Positions 1 through 13,191 of a stretch of DNA of 64,000 bases are shown piece after piece. Made by a program: the position numbers and the translations under genes. The stretch lies in assembly GCA_964016885.1 (NCBI GenBank), contig OZ024741.1:283712001-283776000 (forward strand), given 5' to 3'. This DNA is from Eledone cirrhosa. Lineage: Eukaryota. Numbering within the stretch: the stretch's first letter is position 1; every line of letters starts with the position of its first letter. The notes below the pieces were generated by a model. That model saw nothing but the letters and a program-made list of their open reading frames with translations. It searched no databases and was not told the origin of the DNA.

Positions 1-1
1 A

Positions 2-397
2 CTGAATAACCAGTGCCTAGCACGCAATATTGTCTACCGATGTATAATAAATTCCGGAACCAACAAATGGTATTACGTCGGATGTACCGCAACTTCTTTC
101 AAGGCTCGCCTATACCAACATCGATCTTCGATCAGGCACGAGAAAATGCGCTCCGTAACAACCCTCGCCGATAAAGCCTGGCAGCTCCGGAGGAACAATC
201 AAACATTCTCCCTTGATTGGCAAATTATTGCAGCTGTGCCTGCATATAAGCAAAATCATCGATTCTGCAAGTTATGCAATTTGGAGATATACTGCATTTT
301 AACGTCGGTAAACAAACTTTTGAACAGCAAAATTGAACGTTCTCTATACTGTAACCATCGTTTGAAAACGACTTTTTCTTTTTTTAAATGCATATAA
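2..397 (+). CDS. C-terminal GIY-YIG endonuclease of a Penelope-like element (family A); ORF enters from the window start
   Basis: Open frame from nt 2: LNNQCLARNIVYRC...WYYVGCTATSFKARLYQH...FCKLCNLE...LLNSKIE...CNH; colinear with the C-terminus of the 773-aa ORF at 21922-24243. Confidence 0.9.
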   Translation: MNNQCLARNIVYRCIINSGTNKWYYVGCTATSFKARLYQHRSSIRHEKMRSVTTLADKAWQLRRNNQTFSLDWQIIAAVPAYKQNHRFCKLCNLEIYCILTSVNKLLNSKIERSLYCNHRLKTTFSFFKCI

Positions 398-792
398 TGT
401 TACCTTTTTACACCACCGTTTGCAAATTTCTGTTTTATATGTTTATACACAAGATATGGCTTTTTATAATAATAGTACTAAACACTGTTTTCTGGACCCC
501 TTTAGAAATAGCCCCAATAACTTGTCTGTGACTCTGTACCACTTTGATCCCCTTTAACTAAATTTTGTCCGAACAACACCACTAGAAGAATCTACTTCCC
601 CCGCCAACCCTAACACGCCTCATTAAGCTAACTGCTGCCAAAACATTCTCTCCTTACAATCTCTACTAGTCTGACAGTCTTAAATCCTAGGACTCCCTCC
701 ACCTTACTCACTTCCCTCTTCCCCTTCTCTTCCTACCTCCTTCTTTCTCTTTTATCTAGTGCATAAAATATTTTCATATCATTCCAATACAA

Positions 793-909
793 AGGTCTGA
801 CGACATGGTGTGTTTGCTTACAGTGTACCTTCGGTTTATGATAATATTTTTATATTATTCAAATAGCGAGGTATAGGTAACCCATAGACTATAGAAACAA
901 TTGTTACCT
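793..909 (+). ncRNA. Type I hammerhead ribozyme with 90-nt stem II
   Basis: aggt-CTGACGA-[804-893 hairpin]-GAAAC-AATT-GTT-acct; palindromic stem III AACAATTGTT. Confidence 0.75.
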
Positions 910-1063
910 AATAAATTCTGTATACCCGCATTTCCATTTCATAAACTTCTTCTCCATATTTTCTCCGGATTTTAAAACACACTTTATTATACGTTGAGCA
1001 ATCTCTGACGTCGGTTGACTCCATCCAATGCAACTACTTAGTAACATTGGAATACAAATTTAC

Positions 1064-1118
<55 letters not shown>

Positions 1119-1120
<2 letters not shown>

Positions 1121-3480
1121 TCATCATCATCATCATCCTCATCGTTTAACATCCATCTTCCACGCTTGCATGGGTTTGGACGGGAATTTTCCAACTTGAG
1201 GCAAGATTGGTTGTCTTGCTCGTATAGGACCGTCTGGCGGGTTTTCTACGGCTGGATGCCCTTCCTAACACCAACCACGTTTACAGTGTGGATTGGGAGG
1301 TTTTTACCGTGTTACCTACACGGCCACATTACAGCGTGGACTGTGTGTTTTTTTTTTTCGTGACACCTACACGACCTCATTTATTTCGGACTGGATGTTG
1401 TGGTACCAACATAACTTTACATCGAAAGGGGTGGTGTGGATGGGGTGGGGGTAGTGGGACGGGGTTGTATTTTGGTTAAGAGGTGCCTACTGACTGTAGG
1501 TTTCGCTTTGTACTTAGGCAAGGAGGGTCTTCTGTATTACTGTGTAGCGTCAAAGATCTTGGTCCAGTGACATTGTCTTGGAGAGGTGTAAGTGTGTGAG
1601 GTCGGAATTTATCAAGTCGTCCCAGGTTTTTCTGGGTCTGCCTACTCCGTGGCTACCGTCTATTTTTATCCCCCTGCACTTTTTTATACAGTTGTCCTCT
1701 TTCATGCGCATCACGTGACCATACTAACGTAGTCTTCTCTCGAGTAAACAACATCTGATCCATCTTATTCCTAATTTCTCACTTAGTTCGTTTATGTTTT
1801 GCCGTTCACGTATATTACTATTACACATCCAACGGAGCATGCAAGCTTCGTTCCTCTCCAGTCTGCGTAGATCCTCTGCACACAATGCCCAAGTCTCACT
1901 GCCATGTAACATTGCTGTTCGTATGCAGGCATCATACAGCCTGCCTTTCATTTTTAGAGAGAAACCTTTTGCGGCCAATAGTGGTATAAGCTCTCTGAAC
2001 TTTTTCCATCCCGTTCTGACTCTAGCTACTGTACTTTCAGAGCACCCTCCACCACTGCTAATTTTGTCACCCAGGTAACGGAAGGTGTCCACTATCTCTA
2101 TAGAACCATCTGTGCAATGGAATGAGCTAGTATTCTGTGGGCAATTGCCGCTACTTATTGCACCTGAGCACCGGCCACATATAACATCTATATTCTTAGT
2201 TAGCTTACCTGTGATCCCACTACATCTTTTATGCACCCATACTTTGCACTTGGGACATAAAATGGAGTTTCTGCCTACTCCTTTCATACACACTGAGCAT
2301 GGCCATTTCCCAGATGGGACCAGTGCCCTATTTTCCTTCCTACAAACTAGAACTTTAGTCTCAGACAGGTTAATTTTAAGGCCTTTTGATTCTAGGCCAT
2401 GCTTTCATGTTTGGAATTTCTTCTCTAGTTCAGCCATTGATTCAGCTATGAGCGTTAGATCATCTGCGTATAGGAGTTCACATGGGCAGCCGGTCTTGAA
2501 CTCCTCTGTTATAGCCTGAAGGGCAATAATAAATAGGAGGAGGTTAAGGACGGAGCCCTGATGAACACCAACTTTTACGCTAAACTCTTCACTATATTCG
2601 TTGTTAATTCTAACCTTGCTGACTGTTTCTTTATACATGGCTTGTATAGCTCTCACAAGCCATTCGTCAACACCTAGTTTTCTGAGAGCCCACTAGATAA
2701 TGGGGCGTGTGGCTCTGTCAAAGGCTTTCTCCAAGTCAACAAAAACTAAGTATAGAGGTTTACTTTTAGCTAGGTACTTCTCCTGTGGTTGTCTTACAAT
2801 GAAAAGAGCGTCTGTGGTACTTTTACCTGACACAAACCCGAACTGCATTTCATCTAGATCAATTCGCTCTCTGATTAGTTGCGCTATTACTTTTTCAGTG
2901 ACCTTCATGACCTGAAGTTCCTCTATAGTTTCCCCCATCTAGGGCATCTCCTTTACCCTTATAGCAGTTAATGATGATGCTGCTACGCCAGTCCTTCGGA
3001 ACGACCCCATTCTGTATGACTTGGTTTACTATCCATGTGACTATAGTGTGTCCCACCGTCCCAGATGCTTTCAGCATTTCAGCAACTATTTCCGAAGGCC
3101 CAGCCGCCTTGCCTGTCTTCATATCTTTGATTGCCTTACTTATTATACTACCTTCAACTTGCACTGCTGGTCCCTCTATTGGATCGATGTGGGGGAGACT
3201 GTCTTTCTCCCATTTATTCTCCTCATTTAGTAGCCTTTCGTAGTAACACTTCCAAGCTACCTTCTTATCAACGTCAGTGATGGCCAGTACACCATCATCA
3301 TTAAGGACACACTTCTCCCCGACAATATCACGGTTTTCCTTGACACATTGCCTAGCAATCCTGAACACCTCACGTTTTTGGTCCTCGCGTTGTAGAACAT
3401 GCTTGAACTTTCTTTCCTCTGCTTCCCTTCTTGCGAAGTACACTTGTCTCCTAGCTTCCCTCCTGGCCACTTGATAGTCT
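1119..3480 (-). mobile_element. RTE-clade LINE, 3' part, degenerate, (TGA)n tail
   Basis: RT fragments QFGF, FVDLEKAFD, GVHQGSVL, LLYADDL, FRYLG; tail at 1119-1145; homologous to 50470-54355; cut at 3480. Confidence 0.92.
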
Positions 3481-3818
3481 TATAGCGAAGATACTGGGTT
3501 GTATGAATGTAACAAAACGAGACATGGTTTGTGTGTATAATATTTAATTAACAATCATGGATATATATAGAACAGTATAGTTGACATGTCAAAGAGATAG
3601 ATGATAGAATGAAACAAAGTTAGTAGTTACCGTTTTGATTGCCAGGCAAAGCGAGACGCCTGGCGAAGGCCAGGCGCCGGAAGGGCAAATGAGAGGGAGA
3701 GAGCCGAAGGCTATTCGTTTTATAGGGCTCTGCCGGAAGTTACAGAAAGGGTTCTACTTCCCGTCTAGATGTTAATCTATTGGGGTTGTGAGTCACAACA
3801 AGGGAGACAACCGCTACA
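3481..3818 (-). mobile_element. Probable 3' LTR of an LTR retrotransposon abutting the RTE
   Basis: Minus strand TGTAGCG...CGCTA(T)A termini, CCTATAAAA TATA-like box, ATTAAA signal, purine tract GGGAGG just upstream (3822-3827). Confidence 0.6.
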
Positions 3819-4455
3819 TAACCTCCCGGCAGAATTTTAGAATATAAAAATCGCATGAAATATGTAGCAAGTTGGCGAGAATGTTGTAACAGGCATGAAA
3901 ATTACAACAAAAGAATGTTTGCAAAAATCAATGATAGATATCAAGGTAGCCAACCGCTCTTGGCCAGAGAACGACTGGACATCTATCTATCCATCACCCA
4001 AAGATACAATGTAATAAAGTAAGAGAAGATCTCAAAGTTCAAATGTACAAAATATAGTTCACAGGTGTGCAATCACATTACAGCAGGAAAGAAAGTGTGT
4101 TCCAGAGAATGAATGCAGGTGGTTTCTGTTCTGTGGTATATCGTGAAATTTCCAACCTCCGAATGGATTTTCTCACAGGAAGAGTGCTGCAAAAATAAAT
4201 TCTCTGGCTTGTTCTGCTGGTTTTGGTTGTTGGTGAAGCTGTGTTGATGTTGTTGTCTCGCTGAGTGAGCGTATTCGGTGTTTAAATTCACAGTAAAAAT
4301 AATTTTTTTCGGAAAAAAAATGAGTTGCGCAAAGTGCTAGAAATAACAGCCGAAGTTGATGGTCGATGTTGAGAATGCGTTGACCTGGAAGGGTCAAGAG
4401 GCCAGCGACCAAAGAAATAAGCATTCTGAATAAATGCGCAGTTTTCAACGGCAAA

Positions 4456-4612
4456 TTTACATAGGTGTGTAAATTTTCATGTCAGTCCGACCACGTCTAC
4501 TACCATTTAACTGTGCACATCTGAAATGGGCGGTGGTTGAAATTCAGATGTGCACAGTTAAATGGTAGTAGACGTGGTCGGACTGACATGAAAATTTACA
4601 CACCTATGTAAA
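4456..4612. repeat. Perfect 70-bp inverted repeat with 17-nt spacer
   Basis: 4456-4525 is the reverse complement of 4543-4612. Confidence 0.95.
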
Positions 4613-4753
4613 AAGTGCCAAGGAAGCGAATAGACTAGGTTTCAAATCTCTAACTTGAAAAATCGCGTTCGATGAGTTATTTCCCCCTGTTCTAATACTT
4701 TTGTCTTACAGTAAATAAAGGATTATGAGTTCATGCAATTGTCTTATGTTTCG

Positions 4754-4821
<68 letters not shown>

Positions 4822-5628
4822 GAAAACGCTTTAAAAAAAAGAAATATCAACTGTAATGTATGTATGCATGTATTTATGTGTTTATATGAGCGGGATATGC
4901 AAGTAAATCTTACTTTGTGGACAGCTGCCCCTTAGCATAATATTCATGCTAGAACAGCATATATTTGAAAGTTTTCAGGGAGTTGAATTACTGATTTTGG
5001 ATCGGCAGCTTTAGCTTTGAAAAAATGAAATGTGTAGTGTAAACATTTTTTATTATTCGTCCGGGGATGAATCTTCTCTGCCTTTTTCCATCTCTTTCTT
5101 TCTCTCTGGAAGAAATCAGCCGTAGTAAGATCTAAAAAAATGGTTAGATACACCATGACGCACCGTGCATCACGGTGGAGTTGAAAAGCAGACTCAGAAC
5201 ATGGCGTTGTGTGGGGGGTGGCTCGCAGCCCAATGTTCCAGGAGGAGCAAAAGAAGAAGAAGTGAGCTGGAGTCCTATCAAATATGTAGGTTTAGTAGAA
5301 ACAATTCATGTATAGTTTTGTACTTTTCTTTTTGTCATTCATATATAAACAAATCTACTATATAAATTGGAAGTGATCGGACGTTGTATATGTAGGTGTA
5401 GTCGGATAAACGTCGAAACGGCTTGGTGGAATGCAGCGAAAATTTACACAGTTATGCAGAATTTACTATCGCTTCCGGTGAGTTATTTACCCCTGTTATA
5501 ATACTTGGATGAGTTATTTTCCGTAGTCGCTTTCAATATTCATTGTCTTATTTACAATTTCATACAAATTTTTAAACTCATCAATTTTTTTTTTCATAAC
5601 ATATCAAACACAACGTTCTTTCGCTGTT

Positions 5629-6017
5629 TTTGAAAAATATTATTGAAAGTTTATTATAAAGAAGCAGTTCCAGGAAAAAAAATAGAAATATGCACTTGGG
5701 GCTGGACGGCGTACAATGGGAAGTGGAGCGACGTGAAAAGCGTTGTTTATTAACAGCGAAATAGCAATGTCGATTATATGCAAGTTTGAAAATGCAGATT
5801 ATGAAGGTTTGTATGATAGTTTACACTTTGATTGCCCTGGTCAGCAAGAGGGGCTTCTATATATTAGGCGTTTATTAGAAGAGGGGGAAATAACTAACCC
5901 CAGTATTAGAACAGGGGGTTCGCAATGTAAGGGTTTTATTTCTTTTGTTAGAAAACAGTGACCTTTTTCTTCCTGAAACTGCTTCTTTATAATAAACTTT
6001 CAATAATATTTTTCAAA
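5629..6017. repeat. 48-bp inverted repeats enclosing about 290 bp (MITE-like or local inversion)
   Basis: 5629-5676 vs 5970-6017, one mismatch. Confidence 0.85.
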
Positions 6018-6039
6018 TTATTAACTTAATAAAAAGTGG

Positions 6040-6069
6040 TCCCGAGTGCAACCGGGCTCAGCTGCTAGT
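6040..6069 (+). mobile_element. Possible Helitron 3' terminus
   Basis: GC hairpin cccg-agtgcaac-cggg, about 10 nt, then CTAG|T; no 5' end or Rep/helicase seen. Confidence 0.4.
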
Positions 6070-8330
6070 AAATAAATAAAAGCAAAAAAATAATTAAAAT
6101 CAAATATAAAAAAATAAAGAATGAAAAAATAGCACGTTGACAACGATAAAACTAAAAATCTCTTTGAAGTAAATAATATTTTGTATAACCAACTTTTAAC
6201 AGATAGTATCACCACCAAATATCAAATAGCTAACAATAATACCTACAATACCATTAATAAAGAAGCTAAAGACCTAGCTAGTACTTTAAAAATAGATAAC
6301 CGGATTGAAAGCCTAGCTAAACGCAAAGAATATATATTACCTTTAAAGACCATAAATCAGACTTCACTAATCGACCTAGTTGTAGACTAATTAACCCTGC
6401 TAAATCTGAAGTTGGCCTTGCAAGTAAAAAAATCTTAAGAAAAATAATACTCCAAATTAGAACTAAGACTGACTTATCACAATGGTTAAATACATTCTCT
6501 GTTATTTCTTGGTTTAATAATATACAAGGTAAAAATAAGTGTAGATTTACCCAATTTGATATTGTTAATTTTTAGCCCTCTATTAGTTTCCTTATTAACT
6601 AAAGCCTTAGATTTTGCAAGACCTTTCATTAATATTTCTAAATTAGAAGAAGACGTTATCTTTCATGCTAGGAAAACTCTACTCTTTGCTAATGAAAGTA
6701 TTTGGGTTAAAAAGTATTTCAAAAGTATTTGGGTTAAAAAGACTTAGTAGGATTATTCCTTCTCCACACCCTTAAAGAGAAATTTCCTTCCCATTTTATC
6801 GGTTTATATCGAGACGACGGGTTGGCAGTTTCTCATACCACCAACGGCCATAACCTTGATAAATTCCGTAAAGATTTAATAAATACTTTTGCTAACCTAA
6901 ACCTTAAAATTACTATAGATACGAACCTTACTAATGCTAACTTTCTTGATATTAATCTTGATCTACTTACTGCCTCTTTTAAACCTTATCATAAACCTAA
7001 CGAGAATCTAAGACATACACAAAGAGTCTTGCCATCCCACTATAGTTTTTAAAAATTTTATTCCTAACATTAGCCGTAGGATTTCTACCCTATCTTCATC
7101 TCTAGGCATTTTTAACAAAGCCGCCCCTTATAATAAGGCCCTCAATAACAGCGGCTTTACAGAACATATTAAATATTTACCTACTCCTCCCTCTAATACT
7201 AAAAACAATAACAGGAAAAGAAAAATTATTTGGTTTACACCCCTCTTCTCTCTAACTGTCAAAACTAATGTAGCAAGGAAATTCCTCGACCTCCTAGACA
7301 AACATTTCCCCCCCTAATCATAAACATTATAACATATTTAATAGAAATGCAATCAAAATCAGTTACTCTTGCTGTCCATCAATGAAGACTAAAATTACCA
7401 ACTCTAATCGTACGAGAGTAAATCCAGGATGTAGTTGCAGGAAGCCGAAAGAATGCCCATTACAGGGCAGATGTAATACTAAATCCATTGTGTATGAGGC
7501 CAAATTGACACCGTTGATTAATAACCAGCCAGCCAGGAGTGAACGATATGTTGGCATGACTCAGGACAGGTTCAAAACCAGGTATTATGCACATGTCGCT
7601 TCTTTTAAACACCCTGAAAAAAGAACAGCAACGGCTCTCGCAAATAAAGTGTGGGAATTCAAAAACAAAAACATTCCGTACACTATTGATTGGTCTATTT
7701 TAGACCATTCAAGGGAATACCAAAGGGGCACAAAGAATTGTCCTTTGTGCACCACGGAAAAATTTAGAATTCTCCAAAATTTGAAAGCCACTTCCACTTG
7801 CCTTAACTCCAAGACCGAGATCTTCAGATGTTGTCCTCACCTGAAATCGCATCTACTTTGTAACTGGATTGACATTCCTACGATGACTCAACCACCTTGA
7901 GCTTCTTCTTTACTCATTACGCCTTCCACCCACTACGATTATTATTACTCTCTGAACTCACATTCTTTACTCATATATACTTTTTCTCCCTCATCTCCTC
8001 CTATATCCCCTTATATTTATTTTTTCCCTATTATATTTATTTTTCTGTTGACTTATATTCCCCCCTACTTTCTACCTTACCCTTTACACACATACACCGA
8101 CCACCTTTGTCTTTTACTCAGTTTACTCTTTAACCAGATACTCTTACCTAGATCTCTTCGCATACATTTCTCCCTTACCTACTCTTTATATTTGTGTTTA
8201 TTTCATCTTTACTTGTCATCACTTACCCACTAGGTTTTATATTCTCACATAGGACTATGTGCGGGCGCATTCGCAGACAGACTCATGTGTACTTACCTTT
8301 ATAGGATTTTGATTATTCTTTTGTATAAGT
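6070..8330 (+). pseudogene. Degenerate PLE family B (RT frameshifted, EN frame 7382-7900 open)
   Basis: Fragments INPAKSEVG, QFDI, GLYRDDGL, NFLDINL, then CSC...CPL...C, IVY...YVG, CPLC, CPH. Confidence 0.9.
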
Positions 8331-8406
8331 GTGTGTGTGTGTTGTGTGTATGTCTGTATGTGTCCGTGTATTTATGTGTATGTATATGTGTGTATATATA
8401 TATGTA

Positions 8407-8541
<135 letters not shown>

Positions 8542-8558
8542 TTATTTATGCATGTATG

Positions 8559-8595
<37 letters not shown>

Positions 8596-8668
8596 ATGTA
8601 TGTGTGTGTGTATATGTATGTATGCGTGTTTAAGTTTGTATGTGTACGCTTGTATGTGTGTGTATGTA

Positions 8669-8728
<60 letters not shown>

Positions 8729-8733
<5 letters not shown>

Positions 8734-11700
8734 TAAAATAACAGATTAAAGTTTAAGCAAAGAATCGCTGCTTTCACGCTTAACGGGATATTCTGGAACT
8801 AAAAAAGTCAGTCTGCGAATGCAGAAGTATATATTTAAAAAAATGTTGCAACCGAAGGAAGACAGGAAGACGATACTTTGGTTCGTGGAAACGTTCCCTG
8901 GCAAAGAACGAAAATAAAACGAAGATAATACGTCATTATTTGGTGCGATGAAAACAATTACACGCAAAGACAAAACCACGTTTATGGTATAAATGAAGTC
9001 GTAGACTAATATTCGATTAGGTGGTTCATGGAGACGTTCTCTGGCAATGAACGGAAAAAACGAAGATAATACGTCATTATGTGGAGCGGTGAGAACAATT
9101 ACACGCAAAGACAAAACCACGTAAATGGTATAACTGAAGTCGTAGACTAAAATTCTATTTAGGAAACCGAATGATTCTCGGCTTCAGAGTTAAGAATAAA
9201 GTAAATTAAATACAGAGGTAATTGAAATTAAATATATACACACACGCATCCAAATACGTACAAACACAAACATACGCGAAAACACTCGCCATGTGTATGC
9301 AAATACAAGCACGTACACAAAAAATCACGCACCCACATACAGAACCCACGCAACACCATAACCCGCACACATACGAACGTATACACCAAATACACATACA
9401 AATCTATATTAAAATAATATATATACATATATGTGTGTGTGCGTGTGTGCGTGTATACATAATTAAATAAACGTATATAAATATACACACGTAAATACGT
9501 ATATAACGCGCGCACACACATAAATACACATAAGTTAGCAGATGTACGTCAACCAAAACACAAAGTACACATATACACACACCCTACATACGTACGAACC
9601 CGCATACTCACACAGACGCAAAACTCACGTATACGCATAACCAAATGCACATGTAGCAGTATATATAATATATACGCTATAACATATACAAGCAAATATA
9701 CGTACGAGAAAGTATACGTACCTTCACAAAACATACAGGTAAAACATACTTACCGATACAAATAAGTAATGGTATAAACATAACATATACTTAGCTACCA
9801 CATCAAGACGTAAAATATCCGCGTATAGTTCGTACTATCCGTTAGGGTATAATATGGGGCTGTAATACAGGAAAGTTTTGTGCAATTTATGTTTACAAGC
9901 CGAAATTGCCTCAGATTGTTTGTTAAAGATGTGGTCCGTGGCGTAGAGTATTTCCAGGGCCTCAGCGGCGCAGAGGTCACATTGTCTTTTATTTCCGTTA
10001 TACGATCTAGCCCTAGCAAGGATCTCCCAGTGTAACTTATATTGGGTGTGGTTGTCTTTTAGACTCCAGATATAAGCTGAAAGTGACGTCATATTCCTTC
10101 TTAAAGGGTAACGAAAAGAATGGGTATGCATGTAAAGACGGGACGTGGGTGTTTCAACCTTACATTTGTAGACAATGTTACTAGAGAGGCATTTCCCGGA
10201 TAGGCGGCAGTCAACCCGATTCCTACAATTACAGTTAGTACTAGCTACTGGGTTGCACGTATTCCTACGGATAAGTAATTTAGCTAAATATGAAGCTGTG
10301 ATGTTATGTGCAAAGTTAGGAGTCGTAGAGTAAAAAATGTTAATGGTATTTCTATTAACAATTTTACTATATTTATGTGCTGGGTGAAATGCTTCATGAT
10401 AAGGGAGAGAAAGATGTTAGCTAATGGCGTGGCCACCTCCATATTATATGGTGGGTTATACCATATAATGCGTCGGGATCTATTTTCCCTAGGTCTATTC
10501 TCGTACTCTGTATATGCTACCTTATCGACAAATCCACTCCGAGCAAGAGCTTCATTGTAATATGTGGAATGGTCGTTGAAAATATGCTCGTTGTAGATAG
10601 ACGGGAAAGACTCAAAGAAACGTTTCTTACCAGGTTCCTGGTTATGCTGGTAGGATGGTTAGAATGCTTACTTATGTAATTAAGCGTATCATTCGGCTTC
10701 CCATACGGGTAGTGCAAGCCATTCGACAAATTGAGGGTAACGTCGAGGTAATTAACGATGGAGAGGTTGGCCTCAACCTGTATGGAAAGGTTAAAGCCTT
10801 TAAAGAAGGCTGTGAGTTCTTTTCTGAACCTGTCGCAAGCACGTGGGCCGCATTTTGTCATGGTCAAAATACCGTCATCACGGTACAAACCACCGCCCAC
10901 GTTGGGGAATTCTTCCTTGATAGAGAAAAGAAGGAAAAGGCCGATAAGATCAGTAACCTCTGCAGAATCGCTGGCGCCCATACTCACGTCGAATGGGGTA
11001 CTATTAGAATTTTTAATCCAAATAGAGTCGTCGAAATTAATCACCGACTTACGGGCATTGAGGATGACATCAACTTCGAAATGCTTAACCACTGAGTGTT
11101 TTACCGAAATTGATAGCTCTAAGAAAAAGTGGTAAAGTGATGGAGGAGTAGTAATTATTGATGTCGAATTGGATAAAACGGCAATGTTCCTTGTTGCATA
11201 TGCCGTTGAACCAATCAATCACCGTGAAAGAATTGTTCCACAGTGCAAGAGGGGCCAAACTTCTAATTTCAGGTATAATTCTATCAAGAATCCTTTTACT
11301 AAGTCTACCTAAATCGGACTTCGTAGGGTTAATAAGCCGAATAGAGTGGTTGTTCGGGAAATTGGATTTGTGATCCTTCAGGGTAAAGTGGGGAGAAAAA
11401 GGGTCCAGAGGTTCAGTTCGGTCCAGGATGTTGAGATCAGAGGTGATTTTAAACCCAGCATCCTTGATTTCATTAATGACGCTCTGATTAGTTTTACGGT
11501 AATCCTTAGTTACAGTATTATGTAGCAGTTGATCGTAAGTATTGCGCTCCACTTGATATAGATTGCCAGTTTTGTCGGAGTGGAGTGTACGGCATTAGAA
11601 TCCTTAATATAACGAATTCTATTCTTCAGGTCCTGCTGGAAAGAATTGCTCCTATTCCGAAATTTGATACTCTGTATGAGTTCCAAGACATCATTTTCAA
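8729..11700 (-). pseudogene. Degenerate PLE family C (RT-EN with 3' UTR/pLTR), 5'-truncated at about 11700
   Basis: FIQFDINNYYSSI, MGASDSAE, GLYRDDG, VNYLDVTL, CDLC..CKH; pLTR 8729-9200 with internal ~125-bp duplication. Confidence 0.9.
8750..8800 (-). ncRNA. Decayed copy of the family C hammerhead variant
   Basis: Homologous to 50285-50335 with substitutions in core and stem II. Confidence 0.4.
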
Positions 11701-11959
11701 TAGTTTCAAGCTTATTAGCTATCGTCAGCAACGTATACATTCCTGCCAGATGGTTGAACGTCTGAAAGTATATACTTTCCTTATGCATATTAACAGCTGA
11801 GCAGCCTAATTTGCATATCGAGTGAGTTAATCGGCCGGGATACCGAAAACGATAAACGGAAAAAATGAAACGAAATTTCATTTCTTACTCTTAGTATGGC
11901 TGTTACTTAAATATAAGTATGTATACGTACATACATATATGTATACAGACGTACAGTAG

Positions 11960-12028
<69 letters not shown>

Positions 12029-12339
12029 GCACACATATATATGTACGTATGGATTCACCGAACATTTATTATAATGCTCGGTGTGTTTGTAAACACCGTT
12101 AATATGCATAAGGAAAGTATATACTTTCAGACGTTCAACCATCTGGCAGGAAGGTATACGTTGCTGACGATAGCTAATAAGCTTGAAACTAGTACAGCGT
12201 TCCTTTGTCAGTGTTGAACAAATGAGCAACGATGGTTGCTAGACACTGTACGGCTTAATTCGTGATGTTTGTTTACAAACACACCGAGCATTATAATAAA
12301 TGTTCGGTGAATCCATACGTACATATATATGTGTGCATG

Positions 12340-12427
<88 letters not shown>

Positions 12428-12527
12428 CTACTGTACACATATATGTATGTACGTATACATACTTATATTTAAGTAACAGCCGTACTAAGAGTGAGAAATG
12501 AAATTTCGTTTCATTTTTTCCGTTTAT
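11701..12527. mobile_element. ORF-less hammerhead element (retrozyme-like, ~490-nt unit) present as two divergent, circularly permuted arms
   Basis: 11701-11792 is the reverse complement of 12099-12191; 11856-12095 is the reverse complement of about 12272-12527; the segment order differs between arms. Confidence 0.7.
12158..12200 (+). ncRNA. Type I hammerhead ribozyme
   Basis: acgttg-CTGACGA-tagct aata agctt-GAAAC-TA-GTA-cagcgt; stem I extends (gttcaac/gttgaac). Confidence 0.9.
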
Positions 12528-13117
12528 ATTATATATATATATTATATATATATATATATTATATATGGGTTATTATGTGTGTATGGATTTACGTATGGGT
12601 TTGTTGTATGCGTGTGTTGATTTATTATTACGGGCGTGTGCGCGCACGCATTTGTATACGTATGTACGTAGATTATGAACCAATGCTCTTTATTGTAGGT
12701 ATCATATTGTAGGTATCATATGATACCTAGAATTAAGTTTATTTTCTCTTAGGAGTTGATGGTCAGTCGTACTGTCCACGCTTGGTGAGAGGTAGTATTG
12801 TGACCTGTAAAAACTAACACTCTCCCATCCCCTCTGGCTTTCGGCTGACTGCCACAGTCGGGATGGGTAGCAGTAAACTATGGTACAGGCCTAAGTGGGT
12901 CATTGTTTGGCTGAGAGGGTGAAGTGACTAAGCGAATTTCGTTGAAATCTGCGGTAGCTAATGGTCAACTTCCTTCGGACATGCGCCTGCGCTGACCGGT
13001 GGGGGTGAATTGGTACTCACAGGGGAACGGGTAAAGAACCCAAAAGCACACACTTCGTCCGTTCCCATGTCGATTCAATTTGGATTGCCTCGGAAACATA
13101 ACCTTATTATGTAACAA

Positions 13118-13191
13118 GCTGTCTGATGATGTCACGACACTCGCACACAGAACAGTGTAGCCAGTGTCGCCATTGAAATATATATCACAGC
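13118..13191 (+). ncRNA. Type I hammerhead, ~45-nt stem II
   Basis: gctgt-CTGATGA-[cgacact/agtgtcg stem]-GAAA-TATATA-TC-acagc. Confidence 0.88.

Larger units (their letters stand above)
1..1065 (+). mobile_element. 3' end and pseudo-LTR of PLE family A, ending in (TA)n
   Basis: EN ORF, 3' UTR, hammerhead, AATAAA at 910; tail shares ttctccggatt / gagcaa.ctct motifs with the main family. Confidence 0.85.

Noticed and set aside
5370-5430. gacgtt/aacgtc-GAAAC hammerhead-like pattern
   Set aside because: No valid core, cleavage triplet or stem I
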